A stretch of DNA of 50,466 nt from Promethearchaeia archaeon (GCA_029856105.1 JAHQWH010000036.1:1-50466), one strand, 5' to 3'; positions 31,577-41,813 are shown, counted from the stretch's first letter. Notes: generated by a model from the letters alone, not told the origin. Numbers and translations are program-made.

Positions 31577-32859
31577 GGTTTTTTCAACCCCTCCTCGTTT
31601 GTCATTACAATTATCGCAGCATAGGCGGCACCAGGCCCTCCAATCGAATGCGCTATAGCCCTTCCTTTTTCAATAGTTACTTGATGTTTACCTGATTCCC
31701 CTCTTAATTGAAGAGCAGCCTCTCCAGTGCTCATAATTCCCGTCGCACCAACAGCATGTCCACATCCTATCAATCCACCTGAAGGACAACACGGGAGTTC
31801 TCCCTCTAACCAAGGGCCTTCTCCAGGATTTTCAAATGTTTTTTCAATCCATGGACCACCTTGACCAAATGGCACAAAACCTAATTCTTCGTAGCTAATG
31901 ACTTCTTGACTGGCAAATTGTCTTTATGACAAGTAATGTCCAGAGAAGGCATCGTGAAGCTCTGCTAGGTCTATTTGGCTTTTAATCTTATTATAGTCCA
32001 ATCCCGCCATTTTATAAGCTGCCTTTGCTGCATATATATTTGAATATAGGCGTCCAATTTCTTCCCTATTACCAATAAAACAATCTGTATTCGCAGCACC
32101 TACGCCAGTTATCCAAATTGGATTCTCAATCTTTAGTTCTTTTACTTTTTCTTCGCTTGCTAATATTAAAGCTGCCGAAGCTTCTGAATAAAGACAACAA
32201 TCAAGCATCTTGAAAGGGTAGCAAATTATCCTGGAATTCAGGACGTCTTCTACAGTTAATTTCATCGGAGATTGGGCTTTGGGATTATTTATCGCGTTCC
32301 CATGGTTTTTAACGGAAACTAAAGCCATTTGTTCTTCGGTTGGATTACCGAATTCTTCAAAGTGCGCGTTTACCATTGAAACATAGGAGCTTGCCGCCAT
32401 CATGCCCATAGGATATTCGTAAGTCATATCAGCAGAATAAGCAATGGCATTCAAAACCTCTGGTGTTGTCGTACCCGTTTTTTCGTCATAACAATCATTA
32501 CATTTTTCTACGCCTAAGCAGAGGCATAAATCAGAAAGACCTGAAGCAACTTCCGCGTAGGCCATTCTCACGGTGTATCCTCCCGTAGCACCACCGGAAG
32601 CGATTCGAGTTCCTGGTTTGTTGTTCATTCCGATATATGAGTTTATAAAAATGTCCGGCATGAATTGTCGTTCGAATAGTTCGTTGTAAATACCGTAAAC
32701 AGTAGATTCTAAATCTCTATGAGTTATCTCAGCCCCATTTTTGTTTGCGTCTTCCAAAGAGAGCTTAGTCGCGTCATAGGCGAGTTCAAAATGCGTTTTA
32801 TCCATATATCTTGCTTTAAAAGGAGTAATTCCAACTCCAATAATAGCTACTTTTTTCAT
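31573..32859 (-). CDS. SCP2-type thiolase-fold protein, two exons (32859..31938 and 31907..31573), 418 aa after splicing
   Basis: The two tracked ORFs share one frame. Removing 30 nt gives ELHDAFSGQEVISYEELGF...PSGGLIGCGHAVGATG. Confidence 0.88.
31908..31937 (-). other. Candidate bulge-helix-bulge (tRNA-type) intron in mRNA, 30 nt
   Basis: The mRNA reads CUUCU-CUGG-[AC^A]-UUACUUGUC-AUAAA-GACAAUUUG-CCAG-[UC^A]-AGAAG. It has a 4-bp helix CUGG/CCAG, two 3-nt bulges, an exon stem CUUCU/AGAAG and an in-frame UAA in the intron loop. Confidence 0.85.
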
Positions 32860-33065
32860 TCTTCTCATTTTAATTGTGTTATTTTAAATTTGATTTTAAT
32901 TATAAGTTATATTAGATTCGTTTGTTAATTAATTTTATAACGATTTGAGAAATGCATATTGAAAAGAAATTTCTTAAATTTTTGCTTTATCAAGGTCTCG
33001 CTTTGTGATGAATAAATAAACTTTTTAATGGTATCTTTTAAATAAAATTTCAATTTAATAATCTT

Positions 33066-33857
33066 ATGAGCAATCAAGATTTAATTTTGTATGAATTGAG
33101 AGGACGTATCGCTATAATCACAATCAATAGACCAGAAAAAGCGCATTCATTTAACGGTGACATGTTAAAATCTCTACACGCGAAGTTGATTAGAGCAGAT
33201 AATGATGAAAAAGTTAGATGTATTTTGATAAAAAGTACTGGTCAAAAATTCTTTTCTGCGGGTTACGATTTGAAAGAAATTCAGGGTGATCCAATGAATG
33301 TGGCTATTATTCAACAGTGGGGGAGAAAGGTCAATGAAACAATGCTTCTTATGAAAAAACCGATAATTACGCAAATTCAAGGCATTGCTATTGGTTTTGG
33401 AGTAATGTTAGTATTAGCTTCTGATTTAAAAGTGTTTGCAGACAGACCGATAGATGATTTATATTTAAGGTTACCAGAACTTGCAATTTCAGCATTTCCA
33501 CAGACAGGAGCAACATTACTGCCCTTATTGGCTTTTGGTTTCAACTATGCTAAAAATGCGCTGTATACCGCTGATAAAATAGGACTAAAAGAACTAAAGA
33601 ATATTAATTTCCCTACTAGAATTTTTCCACTCGATAAAATAGATCCAGAATCCGTTGCATTTGCAAAAGAAATTAGTAAATATCAACCAAAGTTCTCAAT
33701 CTTCCTAAAATCAATGTTAACTATTATGGAAAAAGGTCGTATTAAGTCGTATTTTGACTTAGAAGATGAATGCGGGAAGGTGGCTTACGATAACAGCATT
33801 AAAGACTTAAAGGAAATAGATGCTTTTATAAAAGAGCTACATCAGAAATTCACATAG
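33066..33857 (+). CDS. Enoyl-CoA hydratase/isomerase family protein
   Basis: NRPEK, FSAGYDL, KPIITQIQGIAIG, LPE. Confidence 0.88.
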   Translation: MSNQDLILYELRGRIAIITINRPEKAHSFNGDMLKSLHAKLIRADNDEKVRCILIKSTGQKFFSAGYDLKEIQGDPMNVAIIQQWGRKVNETMLLMKKPIITQIQGIAIGFGVMLVLASDLKVFADRPIDDLYLRLPELAISAFPQTGATLLPLLAFGFNYAKNALYTADKIGLKELKNINFPTRIFPLDKIDPESVAFAKEISKYQPKFSIFLKSMLTIMEKGRIKSYFDLEDECGKVAYDNSIKDLKEIDAFIKELHQKFT

Positions 33858-33980
33858 ATAATAAAATTAAGGAAATACATTTCGATTTCTTTTTTTATTT
33901 AAACTTAATAAGAAAATATTTTTTAATTGCAAAAAAGTATTATTAACTATCATAATTTTAAAAATAGGAAAGAATCAAAT

Positions 33981-35003
33981 ATGATTAAAACTAAAATAAC
34001 AGAATCATTTGGGATAAAATATCCAATATTGAGCGCTCCGATGGGTCCATTCTACACGACCGAGTTATCTGTTGCTGTTTCTGAGGCGGGAGGGCTTGGT
34101 GTTGTAAGTCACGCAACTTTACAAGGAAAAAGTTCGATAAAGGATATGGAAAAGCAGTTAGATTATGTAATTGAACATACTGATAAACCATTTGGCCTTA
34201 ACATTCGAACTGCTCGCGTTCAGACTGATCATAAGATTATGTTGAGAAAAATTGCTCAATTGAGTAATTCAAATCCAAAAATTCGCGAACAGTTAATCTA
34301 TTTGCTAACAAGTGCTGGAAGCCCACGAAATGCTAGTAAAATATTAAAACAAAAGGCACCTCATATCAAGCACTATCATGTTGGTCCAGCTTTATGGCTA
34401 GTTGATAAAATATACGCTTCAGGATGCGATGGTGTTGTTGCTACGGGAACGGAAGGGGGCGGTCATCAAAGTTATGAAGGGATTAGTACATTGGTTCTGG
34501 TTCAACAAGTTGCCCAAAAATACCCCGAAAAACCACTAATTGCTTGTGGCGGTATTGCAAGTCCAGAAGGCGTAGCTGCGGGATTAGCTATGGGGGCCGA
34601 CGCTGTTGCTATGGGAACGCGATTTATAGCTTCTAGTGAAAGCGAATTCCATCCTAACTATAAAGCATTAATTCCACCTGCGACTGCTCGAGATACATTG
34701 CTTACTACAGGTGGGTTTGGACCAATAAGACTATTGAAAAATAAATACTGCTTAGAACATGGAGCGCTCATAACAAAAGAAGATAAAATTAAGCAAGAAT
34801 TAGCTTACGATCTGGATGGATTTATGGAAGATCTTCATCATTACGAAATCGTATACACTAAAGGAGATGTAGATAATGGTGCTATTCCAGTGGGCCAAAC
34901 ATGTGGCCTTATTGACTCGATAATGGATGTTGGCGATATCCTTACCAGTTTTACAAAAGAAGCAGAAAAAATATTAAAGAATTTGTGTGCTAATATCTAT
35001 TAA
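33981..35003 (+). CDS. Nitronate monooxygenase/FabK-like FMN enoyl reductase
   Basis: YPILSAPM, GTEGGGH, ACGGI, AMGTRF. Confidence 0.88.
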   Translation: MIKTKITESFGIKYPILSAPMGPFYTTELSVAVSEAGGLGVVSHATLQGKSSIKDMEKQLDYVIEHTDKPFGLNIRTARVQTDHKIMLRKIAQLSNSNPKIREQLIYLLTSAGSPRNASKILKQKAPHIKHYHVGPALWLVDKIYASGCDGVVATGTEGGGHQSYEGISTLVLVQQVAQKYPEKPLIACGGIASPEGVAAGLAMGADAVAMGTRFIASSESEFHPNYKALIPPATARDTLLTTGGFGPIRLLKNKYCLEHGALITKEDKIKQELAYDLDGFMEDLHHYEIVYTKGDVDNGAIPVGQTCGLIDSIMDVGDILTSFTKEAEKILKNLCANIY

Positions 35004-35025
35004 AAAGGTCGTGAAATAATCCATA

Positions 35026-35070
35026 TTTTTTTTTTTTTTCAAATTCTTTTTGAATAATAATTTATTTTTT
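35026..35070 (+). terminator. Oligo-T tract after the FabK-like gene (possible archaeal terminator)
   Basis: Long T run about 20 nt after the stop; similar tracts follow 14025, 19630, 20540 and 46443. Confidence 0.4.
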
Positions 35071-35076
35071 TAAATA

Positions 35077-35331
35077 ATGAAAACAGCCTCACCTGAATTA
35101 CAAAAAAAAATCAGAGAATTATCTAAATTATCGTATAAAGCGATAACAGAATTATCTAAGTGTAAATCATGTGGAACTTGCGTAATATATTGTCCACTCA
35201 ATATTAGAAAATTTAACGCTGAGGGAAAAGCTATAACAATTATAACTGGATCTTATTGTGGGGGTTGTTCTGTATGTTACCATAGATGTCCTAATAAAGC
35301 GATTAGATTAGTTCCATTTCGTAATAGCTAG
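35077..35331 (+). CDS. 2x[4Fe-4S] ferredoxin
   Basis: CKSCGTCVIYCP and CGGCSVCYHRCP. Confidence 0.9.
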   Translation: MKTASPELQKKIRELSKLSYKAITELSKCKSCGTCVIYCPLNIRKFNAEGKAITIITGSYCGGCSVCYHRCPNKAIRLVPFRNS

Positions 35332-35417
35332 TAAAATTCTATTACAACAATATTCTTTCTTTCTTTTTTTTAAAATTATTTTAACAAAAAAAAAAGGAAT
35401 AAAATTTGTTTTTTTAA

Positions 35418-37202
35418 TTATTGTCGAAGTTCTCTTCTTAAGATTTTACCAATAAGAGTTTTTGGTAGTTCTTCGATAAATTCTATTTGCCGAGGATATT
35501 TATACGGACTAATGTTATCTTTACACCATTCTAACATATCTTCTTCTGTTATCTTACCTTTAAACTCTTCTTTTATTGATATAATTGCCTTAATCGTTTC
35601 TCCCACTCCATCAGGGTGTGGAACTCCTATTACTCCAACTTCGTTTACTGCATCGTGCTGATATATTAATTTTTCTACTTCAGCTGGGAAAACACCGTGA
35701 CCTTTATATTTAATCATATCTCTTTTTCTATCTTTTAAATGCAAATATCCTTCTTTATCTATGCATGCTATATCGGCAGTATAATACCAGATCTTACCTT
35801 GGGAATCTTTCCTTAACGCATATTTAGTATCTTCTGGTTTGTTTAAATAACCTAACATCACTTGAGGTCCATTTACACATAGTTCTCCGATATATTTCTC
35901 TGCTTCTGCTTCTCCACAATTATCGCAAGTTTCATTAGGGCAAATAGGTAAAACTCTCGTTCCTTCTTCAACATCTACGATTTTTAACGATGTATCTGAT
36001 ACGGGTAAACCCGCAGAATTTGGTTTATACCTATGAAATGGTGAAGCAGTTACTATTGGCGCTGTTTCGCTTGCTCCATATCCTTCAATTATCGATGCGC
36101 CCGTTATGTCCTCAAATTTTCTTTTAACTTCTGGCGATAAAGCAGAACCCCCACTTAAACAAGCTGTCAATTCAGGTAATTTATTCTTAAATTTTTCAGA
36201 ATCTGGATCTTGGTTGATTTGATTATAAAGTGTAGGCACTGCTGGTATATAAATAGCTCCTTCCTTCATTAATAGGTCCAGTACATCAGATTTCTTTTCT
36301 GGAGGGGCTGCAAAGAGAATAAGTTTGTAACCTGATGAAACTCCCAGACTCATTCCTGTTGATATACCAAAAACATGCCCAAAGGGAACTAAACAACCAA
36401 CCCCGCCTTTTCCACGAGATTCTCTTGTTTCAGGAACTTGATTATACATCCAAGCAGTTCCTTGTTCTGCGTTTACGGTCATATTATAATGCGATAACTG
36501 AACCCCTTTTGGTACTCCTGTAGTTCCACCAGTATAAATTAGAGTTGCTGTATCTTCCTTAGGATTTAGTGATACATCCGGAATATTAATAGGGACGCCG
36601 TTTTGTAGAATATCTTGCATCTTATGAAACTCAATATCTCCTACTTGAGTCGGCCATAATTTTTTTTTCATTTGAGGTACTTTCCCTAGCGCAGTTCCCA
36701 AAATTGCTTTAATTTTTGGAAGATACTCTGCAATACCTGTTAGGATAATGTTTTTTAGAGATGGCATTTTACTCAAATCTTTGTTATGCAAATATCCTTG
36801 ATAAAGAGCATCTAATATAATCAAAACTGTGCTATTTGAATCATTTATTTGATAAACAATTTCTACGTATTTATGTAATGGAATTATGGGGTTGACAATA
36901 GCGCCAAGACGAGCCGTTGCATAAAAAGCTATGATAAATTGAGGTATGTTTGGTAAATCAATTGCGACTACATCACCTTTTTTCACTCCAAGCTTAGAAA
37001 GTCCTGTAGCAAATTGATCTACCGAAGCATCTAGCTCTTGATAGGTCATTCTATATCCTTGAAAAAATATAGCTTGAGAATTAGGAAATTCCTCTACTGT
37101 ATTTCTTAAAACATCTCCTAACGTTATTTCTTGATAATTTATGTGTTTTGGAACTCCTTCTGGCCAATAATTATACCATGGTCGATTAATATCATCACTC
37201 AT
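35418..37202 (-). CDS. Long-chain fatty acid--CoA ligase with Cys-rich insert
   Basis: IYTGGTTGVPKG, GYGASE, DRKRD, GKILRR. Confidence 0.92.
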   Translation of the reverse strand: MSDDINRPWYNYWPEGVPKHINYQEITLGDVLRNTVEEFPNSQAIFFQGYRMTYQELDASVDQFATGLSKLGVKKGDVVAIDLPNIPQFIIAFYATARLGAIVNPIIPLHKYVEIVYQINDSNSTVLIILDALYQGYLHNKDLSKMPSLKNIILTGIAEYLPKIKAILGTALGKVPQMKKKLWPTQVGDIEFHKMQDILQNGVPINIPDVSLNPKEDTATLIYTGGTTGVPKGVQLSHYNMTVNAEQGTAWMYNQVPETRESRGKGGVGCLVPFGHVFGISTGMSLGVSSGYKLILFAAPPEKKSDVLDLLMKEGAIYIPAVPTLYNQINQDPDSEKFKNKLPELTACLSGGSALSPEVKRKFEDITGASIIEGYGASETAPIVTASPFHRYKPNSAGLPVSDTSLKIVDVEEGTRVLPICPNETCDNCGEAEAEKYIGELCVNGPQVMLGYLNKPEDTKYALRKDSQGKIWYYTADIACIDKEGYLHLKDRKRDMIKYKGHGVFPAEVEKLIYQHDAVNEVGVIGVPHPDGVGETIKAIISIKEEFKGKITEEDMLEWCKDNISPYKYPRQIEFIEELPKTLIGKILRRELRQ

Positions 37203-37363
37203 TTTTAATCATTTTATAATTTTTTATTAGATATTGTATATTATTTTGAATACCTATTTAAAATTTTTAGAAAATCAACTTAATTTTAATTTAAGGCGAA
37301 ATGAAATTTAGATATCTTTTTGTATTAAAATAAAAAAAATAGTTTTAATTTAGTAAAAAATTA

Positions 37364-39133
37364 TTAAGTTCTAAGTTCTCTTCTTAAAATTTTACCCACT
37401 ACGGATTTTGGCAACTCTGGTATGATTTCAATTATTCGAGGGTATTTGAAAGCAGAAATATTTTCTTTAGCCCATTTTGTAATATCTTCCTCAGTAACTT
37501 TACCTTGAAATCCTGGTTTTAAGGATATATACGCTTTAATATTTTCTCCAACTTCTGGATCTGGAATACCTATAACGCCAACTTCGTTAACGTATTCTAA
37601 CTGATATAGTAAATCTTCAACTTCCCTAGGAAAGACAGAATGACCCTTATATTTAATCATGTCTCGTTTTCGATCTTTAATACGTAAATAACCATCCTTG
37701 TCAATACATCCAATATCTGCTGTATGGTACCATGTTCGTCCTTTAGAATCCTTCCTTAACGCATATTCTGTAGCTTCTGGTCTATTCAAATATCCTAAAA
37801 ATACTTGAGGTCCATTTCCACAAATTTCGCCAATATATTGGGCTTCATTAGCTCCACAATTCTCACAGTTCTCGTTGGGACATTGAGGTAAAATTTTTGT
37901 ACCATCGTCGGAATCTACTATTTTAATTAAAGTATTTGAAACTGGGAATCCCACTGTATTCTCCTTATATTTATGGAACGGTGTAACTGTTAAGATTGGG
38001 CTGGTTTCTGACATACCGAAACCTTCTATTATTAATGATCCTGTTAAAGCTTCAAACCCTTGTTTGACTTCTAATGGTAAGGGGGCAGCACCACTTAAGC
38101 AAGCTACTAAATCCGTCAATTGATCTTTATACTTTGCACAATCTTTATCGAGAGTTATTTTTTGCCACAAAGTAGGTACGCCAGGACCGAAAGTAGCTCC
38201 TTCCTTTTTAATTACTTTTAAAAAAGTAGAAAGCCTTTCTGGAGGTCGAATAAACAGTATTAACTTATACCCACTGATAATTCCTAAATTCATAGCGATG
38301 GATAATGCAAATTCATGCGCTAAAGGTAGAATGGTAAACATTCCTCCTTTACCATATGTACTTTCAACCTCGATTTGTGTTTGGGCCCATATTTTCCCTT
38401 GCTCGGCATTTACAACAAAATTATAATGAGACATCATACAACCCTTAGGAAGACCAGTCGTACCACCAGTATAAATCAAAGTAGAAATATCCTCCTTCGG
38501 ATTAATTTTAACATCTGGCAGATCAATTGGAAGTCCATTTTGCATAACATCTTGAAATTTATGAAAATTTACATCTCCAACTTTAGTGGGCCAATTTTTC
38601 ATTCTGGGAACCTTACCTAAAGCTGTTCCTAATTTTGCTTTGATTTTTGGTAGATATTCTGCAACACCTGTTAGAATGATGTCCTTCAAAGTAGTTATCT
38701 TACTTAAATCCTTACCTTGTAGATGTTCTTCATAGAGAACATCTAAAATAACCATTATTTTACCTTTGGAATCGTTTACTTGATGAACAATTTCCACAAA
38801 TCGGTTTAAGGGAATTACAGGATTCGCAATTGCACCGATTCGACAAACCGCGTAATAAACAATTATATATTGGGGCATATTAGGTAAATCTATAACTACC
38901 ACATCACCTTTTTTAACTCCCATTTTTGAAAGTGCTGTAGCAAACTGATCTACTGCCATATCTAGTTCTTTGTATGTCATTCGAAAACCTTCAAAAAATA
39001 TAGCCTGACTATCAGGATAGGCTTTAACTGTGTTTCTTAACATTTGTCCTAAAGAGATTTCAGGAACATCAATATGTCTTGGTACTTCCTCAGGCCAATT
39101 TTGCATCCAATATTCGTTAATTTCGTCACTCAT
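37364..39133 (-). CDS. Long-chain fatty acid--CoA ligase with Cys-rich insert (tandem paralogue)
   Basis: IYTGGTTGLPKG, GFGMSE, DRKRD, GKILRR. Confidence 0.92.
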   Translation of the reverse strand: MSDEINEYWMQNWPEEVPRHIDVPEISLGQMLRNTVKAYPDSQAIFFEGFRMTYKELDMAVDQFATALSKMGVKKGDVVVIDLPNMPQYIIVYYAVCRIGAIANPVIPLNRFVEIVHQVNDSKGKIMVILDVLYEEHLQGKDLSKITTLKDIILTGVAEYLPKIKAKLGTALGKVPRMKNWPTKVGDVNFHKFQDVMQNGLPIDLPDVKINPKEDISTLIYTGGTTGLPKGCMMSHYNFVVNAEQGKIWAQTQIEVESTYGKGGMFTILPLAHEFALSIAMNLGIISGYKLILFIRPPERLSTFLKVIKKEGATFGPGVPTLWQKITLDKDCAKYKDQLTDLVACLSGAAPLPLEVKQGFEALTGSLIIEGFGMSETSPILTVTPFHKYKENTVGFPVSNTLIKIVDSDDGTKILPQCPNENCENCGANEAQYIGEICGNGPQVFLGYLNRPEATEYALRKDSKGRTWYHTADIGCIDKDGYLRIKDRKRDMIKYKGHSVFPREVEDLLYQLEYVNEVGVIGIPDPEVGENIKAYISLKPGFQGKVTEEDITKWAKENISAFKYPRIIEIIPELPKSVVGKILRRELRT

Positions 39134-39250
39134 TTTTGATCACAATTGAATAATTTGTAAGTATGATTATATTCTTCCAATAATATATAAAATTTTAATA
39201 TAAACTAAAAAAAAAAGTATAAGGATGGTTAATGGTTTAAAATAGAATTT

Positions 39251-39694
39251 TTAAATTTCAATGTCTCTTTTATATAAACTTTTATCCGGAACAAAGCTCA
39301 TCATAATTAAATCGTCTCTAGTGTCCCATCCTAATTTCTTATAAAAATCTACTACTTCTTTATTATGTTTCTCAATAAATAAGTGAACTTTGTGTACTTT
39401 TTTTTTACGAAATCTTTCAATTAATTCGTCCATCATCATTTTGCCATTCCTTTTTTTTTGATAATCTGCATCTATAGCAAGATGGTGCACGTAACCTCTT
39501 CTTCCATCAAAAGCACCCATTACTACTGCTACAACTTTTCCATCTTCCTTACCGATTAGAAATAGATCTGGATTTCGCTTTAGTATCTTAGCTATCTCGT
39601 CTTGTGTGTCTGATGAGCTTACTTCTATTCCTGATCTTTTCCATAGATCAATAATATCGTGGTAGTATCGCATAGAAAAAAGTTCTATCTTCAT
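39251..39694 (-). CDS. GNAT acetyltransferase (YpeA-like)
   Basis: RNPDLFL, FDGRRGYVHHLA, FYKKLGW. Confidence 0.88.
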   Translation of the reverse strand: MKIELFSMRYYHDIIDLWKRSGIEVSSSDTQDEIAKILKRNPDLFLIGKEDGKVVAVVMGAFDGRRGYVHHLAIDADYQKKRNGKMMMDELIERFRKKKVHKVHLFIEKHNKEVVDFYKKLGWDTRDDLIMMSFVPDKSLYKRDIEI

Positions 39695-39695
39695 T

Positions 39696-41813
39696 TTAAT
39701 CACTGAAATAGTTAATAGAGAGTTTATCTATTTTCTTTCTTATTTCTGTTTTATTATCAATAATTTCTTTAATATATTTTGAAATTTCCTTTCTTTTATT
39801 AATCTCAGATGGAATTGGTAAAATTACATCCATTAATCTATTACCAATTGTAGCAATAGTGCCTTGAACGAATGTTATTGCTTTTATTTGCTTTTGAACA
39901 ATGTCAAGATTTAGAAGGTATAACAAAAGGTGCGAATCAATATTCTCATTATTTTTAAGCGTTTTTATCTGAAATATGTGACTCTGGATAATAATTCTTG
40001 TATCTAACTCAGTAATAATTGCCGCATTTCCAATTAGATTTGGACCGCCATCCTTTACTATCAGAATGTCTCCAATTTCTATATTCTGTTTGTCTTTAAA
40101 TTGGTCGTATACTTCATTGGAAGTTTTTTTATGTGAATTTAGATCGACTTCCCAATTATTAATTTCGCTAGTACGGATAAACGGAATATCGCCTAAACCA
40201 TAAACATGTGAGCCAATTTCGTCTCCTCTTGGTAAATACCCTTTATTTTTTGTGTAGATTATTCCATTTTTAACTAAATTACCTATAGAAACTAATTGAA
40301 AGTCCTTATTATTTTCTAAAGATTTTAGAGTTTTTTCTACACCGGTGTAATAGTTAGGTATGAAAATATTGCTTTTTATCTGATTTAGACTTAATTTGAA
40401 AACTTTTTGGTCCTCTAAGTAGCTGAATTCAGCACTTTCTTTAATTTTAAGGTGTAAATTAATTAATTCATTATTGACAATTGGCTTTTTATTCTTATCA
40501 TATTTTATACTTCCATCCTTATTTAATTTATACAAAACTTTTCCATCTTTATCGTGACCAACACTGTCAACAATTCCAAAATCAATTTTATAATTCTTGA
40601 GAAGAACTTTTAATTTTTGAAAGAAAAGAATACTTGTCTTATTACACGTGTAGGGCTGAAAAGTGTTCTGATCTAAACTAATAATTCCTAATATCTTACC
40701 TTTACTCCGCAAATATTCCCAGATATATCTATTTGAAGGATTTCCAAAAAGACCTTCTGGTAAAACAATTCCTAATTTTCCACGGTCTTTTAATAGTTGT
40801 ACACATCTTTCTATAAATAGAATTTGAGGTGGTTGTTTTTTAACTAACTTATTTTGCTTAACCCATAAATTATCTCTGTAGTCCCACTTATGTGCTAAAG
40901 CATATTTTTTTAAAATTTCCTTATTATCAATGGGTATTTTTGCGCCAAAAGGGGGGTTAGTAAACACATAATCAAAATAGTCATTTTTTATAATTCCTTT
41001 TGTTTTTTGTTTGTAATTACTTGGATCCAAAGAATCTTCGCAAATTATGTTGGAATTGCCCTGACTGATAATATTTAGATATAATTCACATAATTTTGCT
41101 AAATAAGAATCTTTATCAATTCCATAGAGATTAGAAATTATTTCACTTTTCTTTTTTTTTATAATATCTATTTGGGCTCCGTATTCCTGTTCAATTTTTG
41201 ACCATAAGAGGTCTTTGCATTCTAATAGAAAACCACCATGCCCACACGCAGGATCTATAACCTTAGAATCAGTCTCAGGATTTAAATAGCGCACCATAAA
41301 TTTTATTATACTCACAGGAGTAAAGAATTGCCCTCCTTCTTCTTTTAATAATCTACTTACAAATATCTCAAAAGTATCAGCCAAAACATCTTTAGAAGAT
41401 TCAAGAAGAGATATTCTTTGTAATTTTTCAACAATTAAAAAGACCAACTCTTTGTTTAAATTGATTCTTTCATTTTCATCAATGAGGTTCTTATATTTAT
41501 CTTTTAGATTCTCCTTAAAGAATTCCTGAAGCCGATCGAACAATTTTTTCTCTGTTTCGTCCTGTCCAATGCTAAACGACATGATAGAATCAGGTAAAGA
41601 ATTACTTATTTCATCAACTAACTTACATAAAATAAGTTTTAAAATTTCTTTTGAACGAGCTCTTGTATCAGTTTCCGTATGTTTTAATTTAGCATAAAGG
41701 TGTTGATTGATCTCATTGAACTCTTTTTTTAGATTTGAAGATCTTTTTAAATCCCTCTTTCTAATTAAATTAGTATTTTTATCCTCAATAAAAGATTCTA
41801 GTGTTTTGGGCAT
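39696..41813 (-). CDS. N6-adenine DNA methyltransferase fused to a type I-like target recognition domain
   Basis: GQFFTP, DPACGHGGF, NPPFG, GIVLPEG; C-terminal IPFIRTSEI..GDILIVKDG TRD. Confidence 0.88.
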   Translation of the reverse strand: MPKTLESFIEDKNTNLIRKRDLKRSSNLKKEFNEINQHLYAKLKHTETDTRARSKEILKLILCKLVDEISNSLPDSIMSFSIGQDETEKKLFDRLQEFFKENLKDKYKNLIDENERINLNKELVFLIVEKLQRISLLESSKDVLADTFEIFVSRLLKEEGGQFFTPVSIIKFMVRYLNPETDSKVIDPACGHGGFLLECKDLLWSKIEQEYGAQIDIIKKKKSEIISNLYGIDKDSYLAKLCELYLNIISQGNSNIICEDSLDPSNYKQKTKGIIKNDYFDYVFTNPPFGAKIPIDNKEILKKYALAHKWDYRDNLWVKQNKLVKKQPPQILFIERCVQLLKDRGKLGIVLPEGLFGNPSNRYIWEYLRSKGKILGIISLDQNTFQPYTCNKTSILFFQKLKVLLKNYKIDFGIVDSVGHDKDGKVLYKLNKDGSIKYDKNKKPIVNNELINLHLKIKESAEFSYLEDQKVFKLSLNQIKSNIFIPNYYTGVEKTLKSLENNKDFQLVSIGNLVKNGIIYTKNKGYLPRGDEIGSHVYGLGDIPFIRTSEINNWEVDLNSHKKTSNEVYDQFKDKQNIEIGDILIVKDGGPNLIGNAAIITELDTRIIIQSHIFQIKTLKNNENIDSHLLLYLLNLDIVQKQIKAITFVQGTIATIGNRLMDVILPIPSEINKRKEISKYIKEIIDNKTEIRKKIDKLSINYFSD

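Noticed and set aside
31573-31875. Independent 100-aa gene starting at GTG
   Set aside because: It is the in-frame C-terminal part of the thiolase, and homology continues upstream of the GTG
31924-31926. Stop-codon recoding (Sec/Pyl/readthrough) or a simple nonsense mutation in the thiolase
   Set aside because: The stop is TAA, not TGA or TAG. Readthrough would leave 10 extra residues in a motif whose spacing is fixed in the three paralogues, and the BHB explains the insertion exactly.
35900-35950. Cys-rich ligase inserts as further introns
   Set aside because: They are stop-free, conserved at the protein level in both paralogues, and show no BHB
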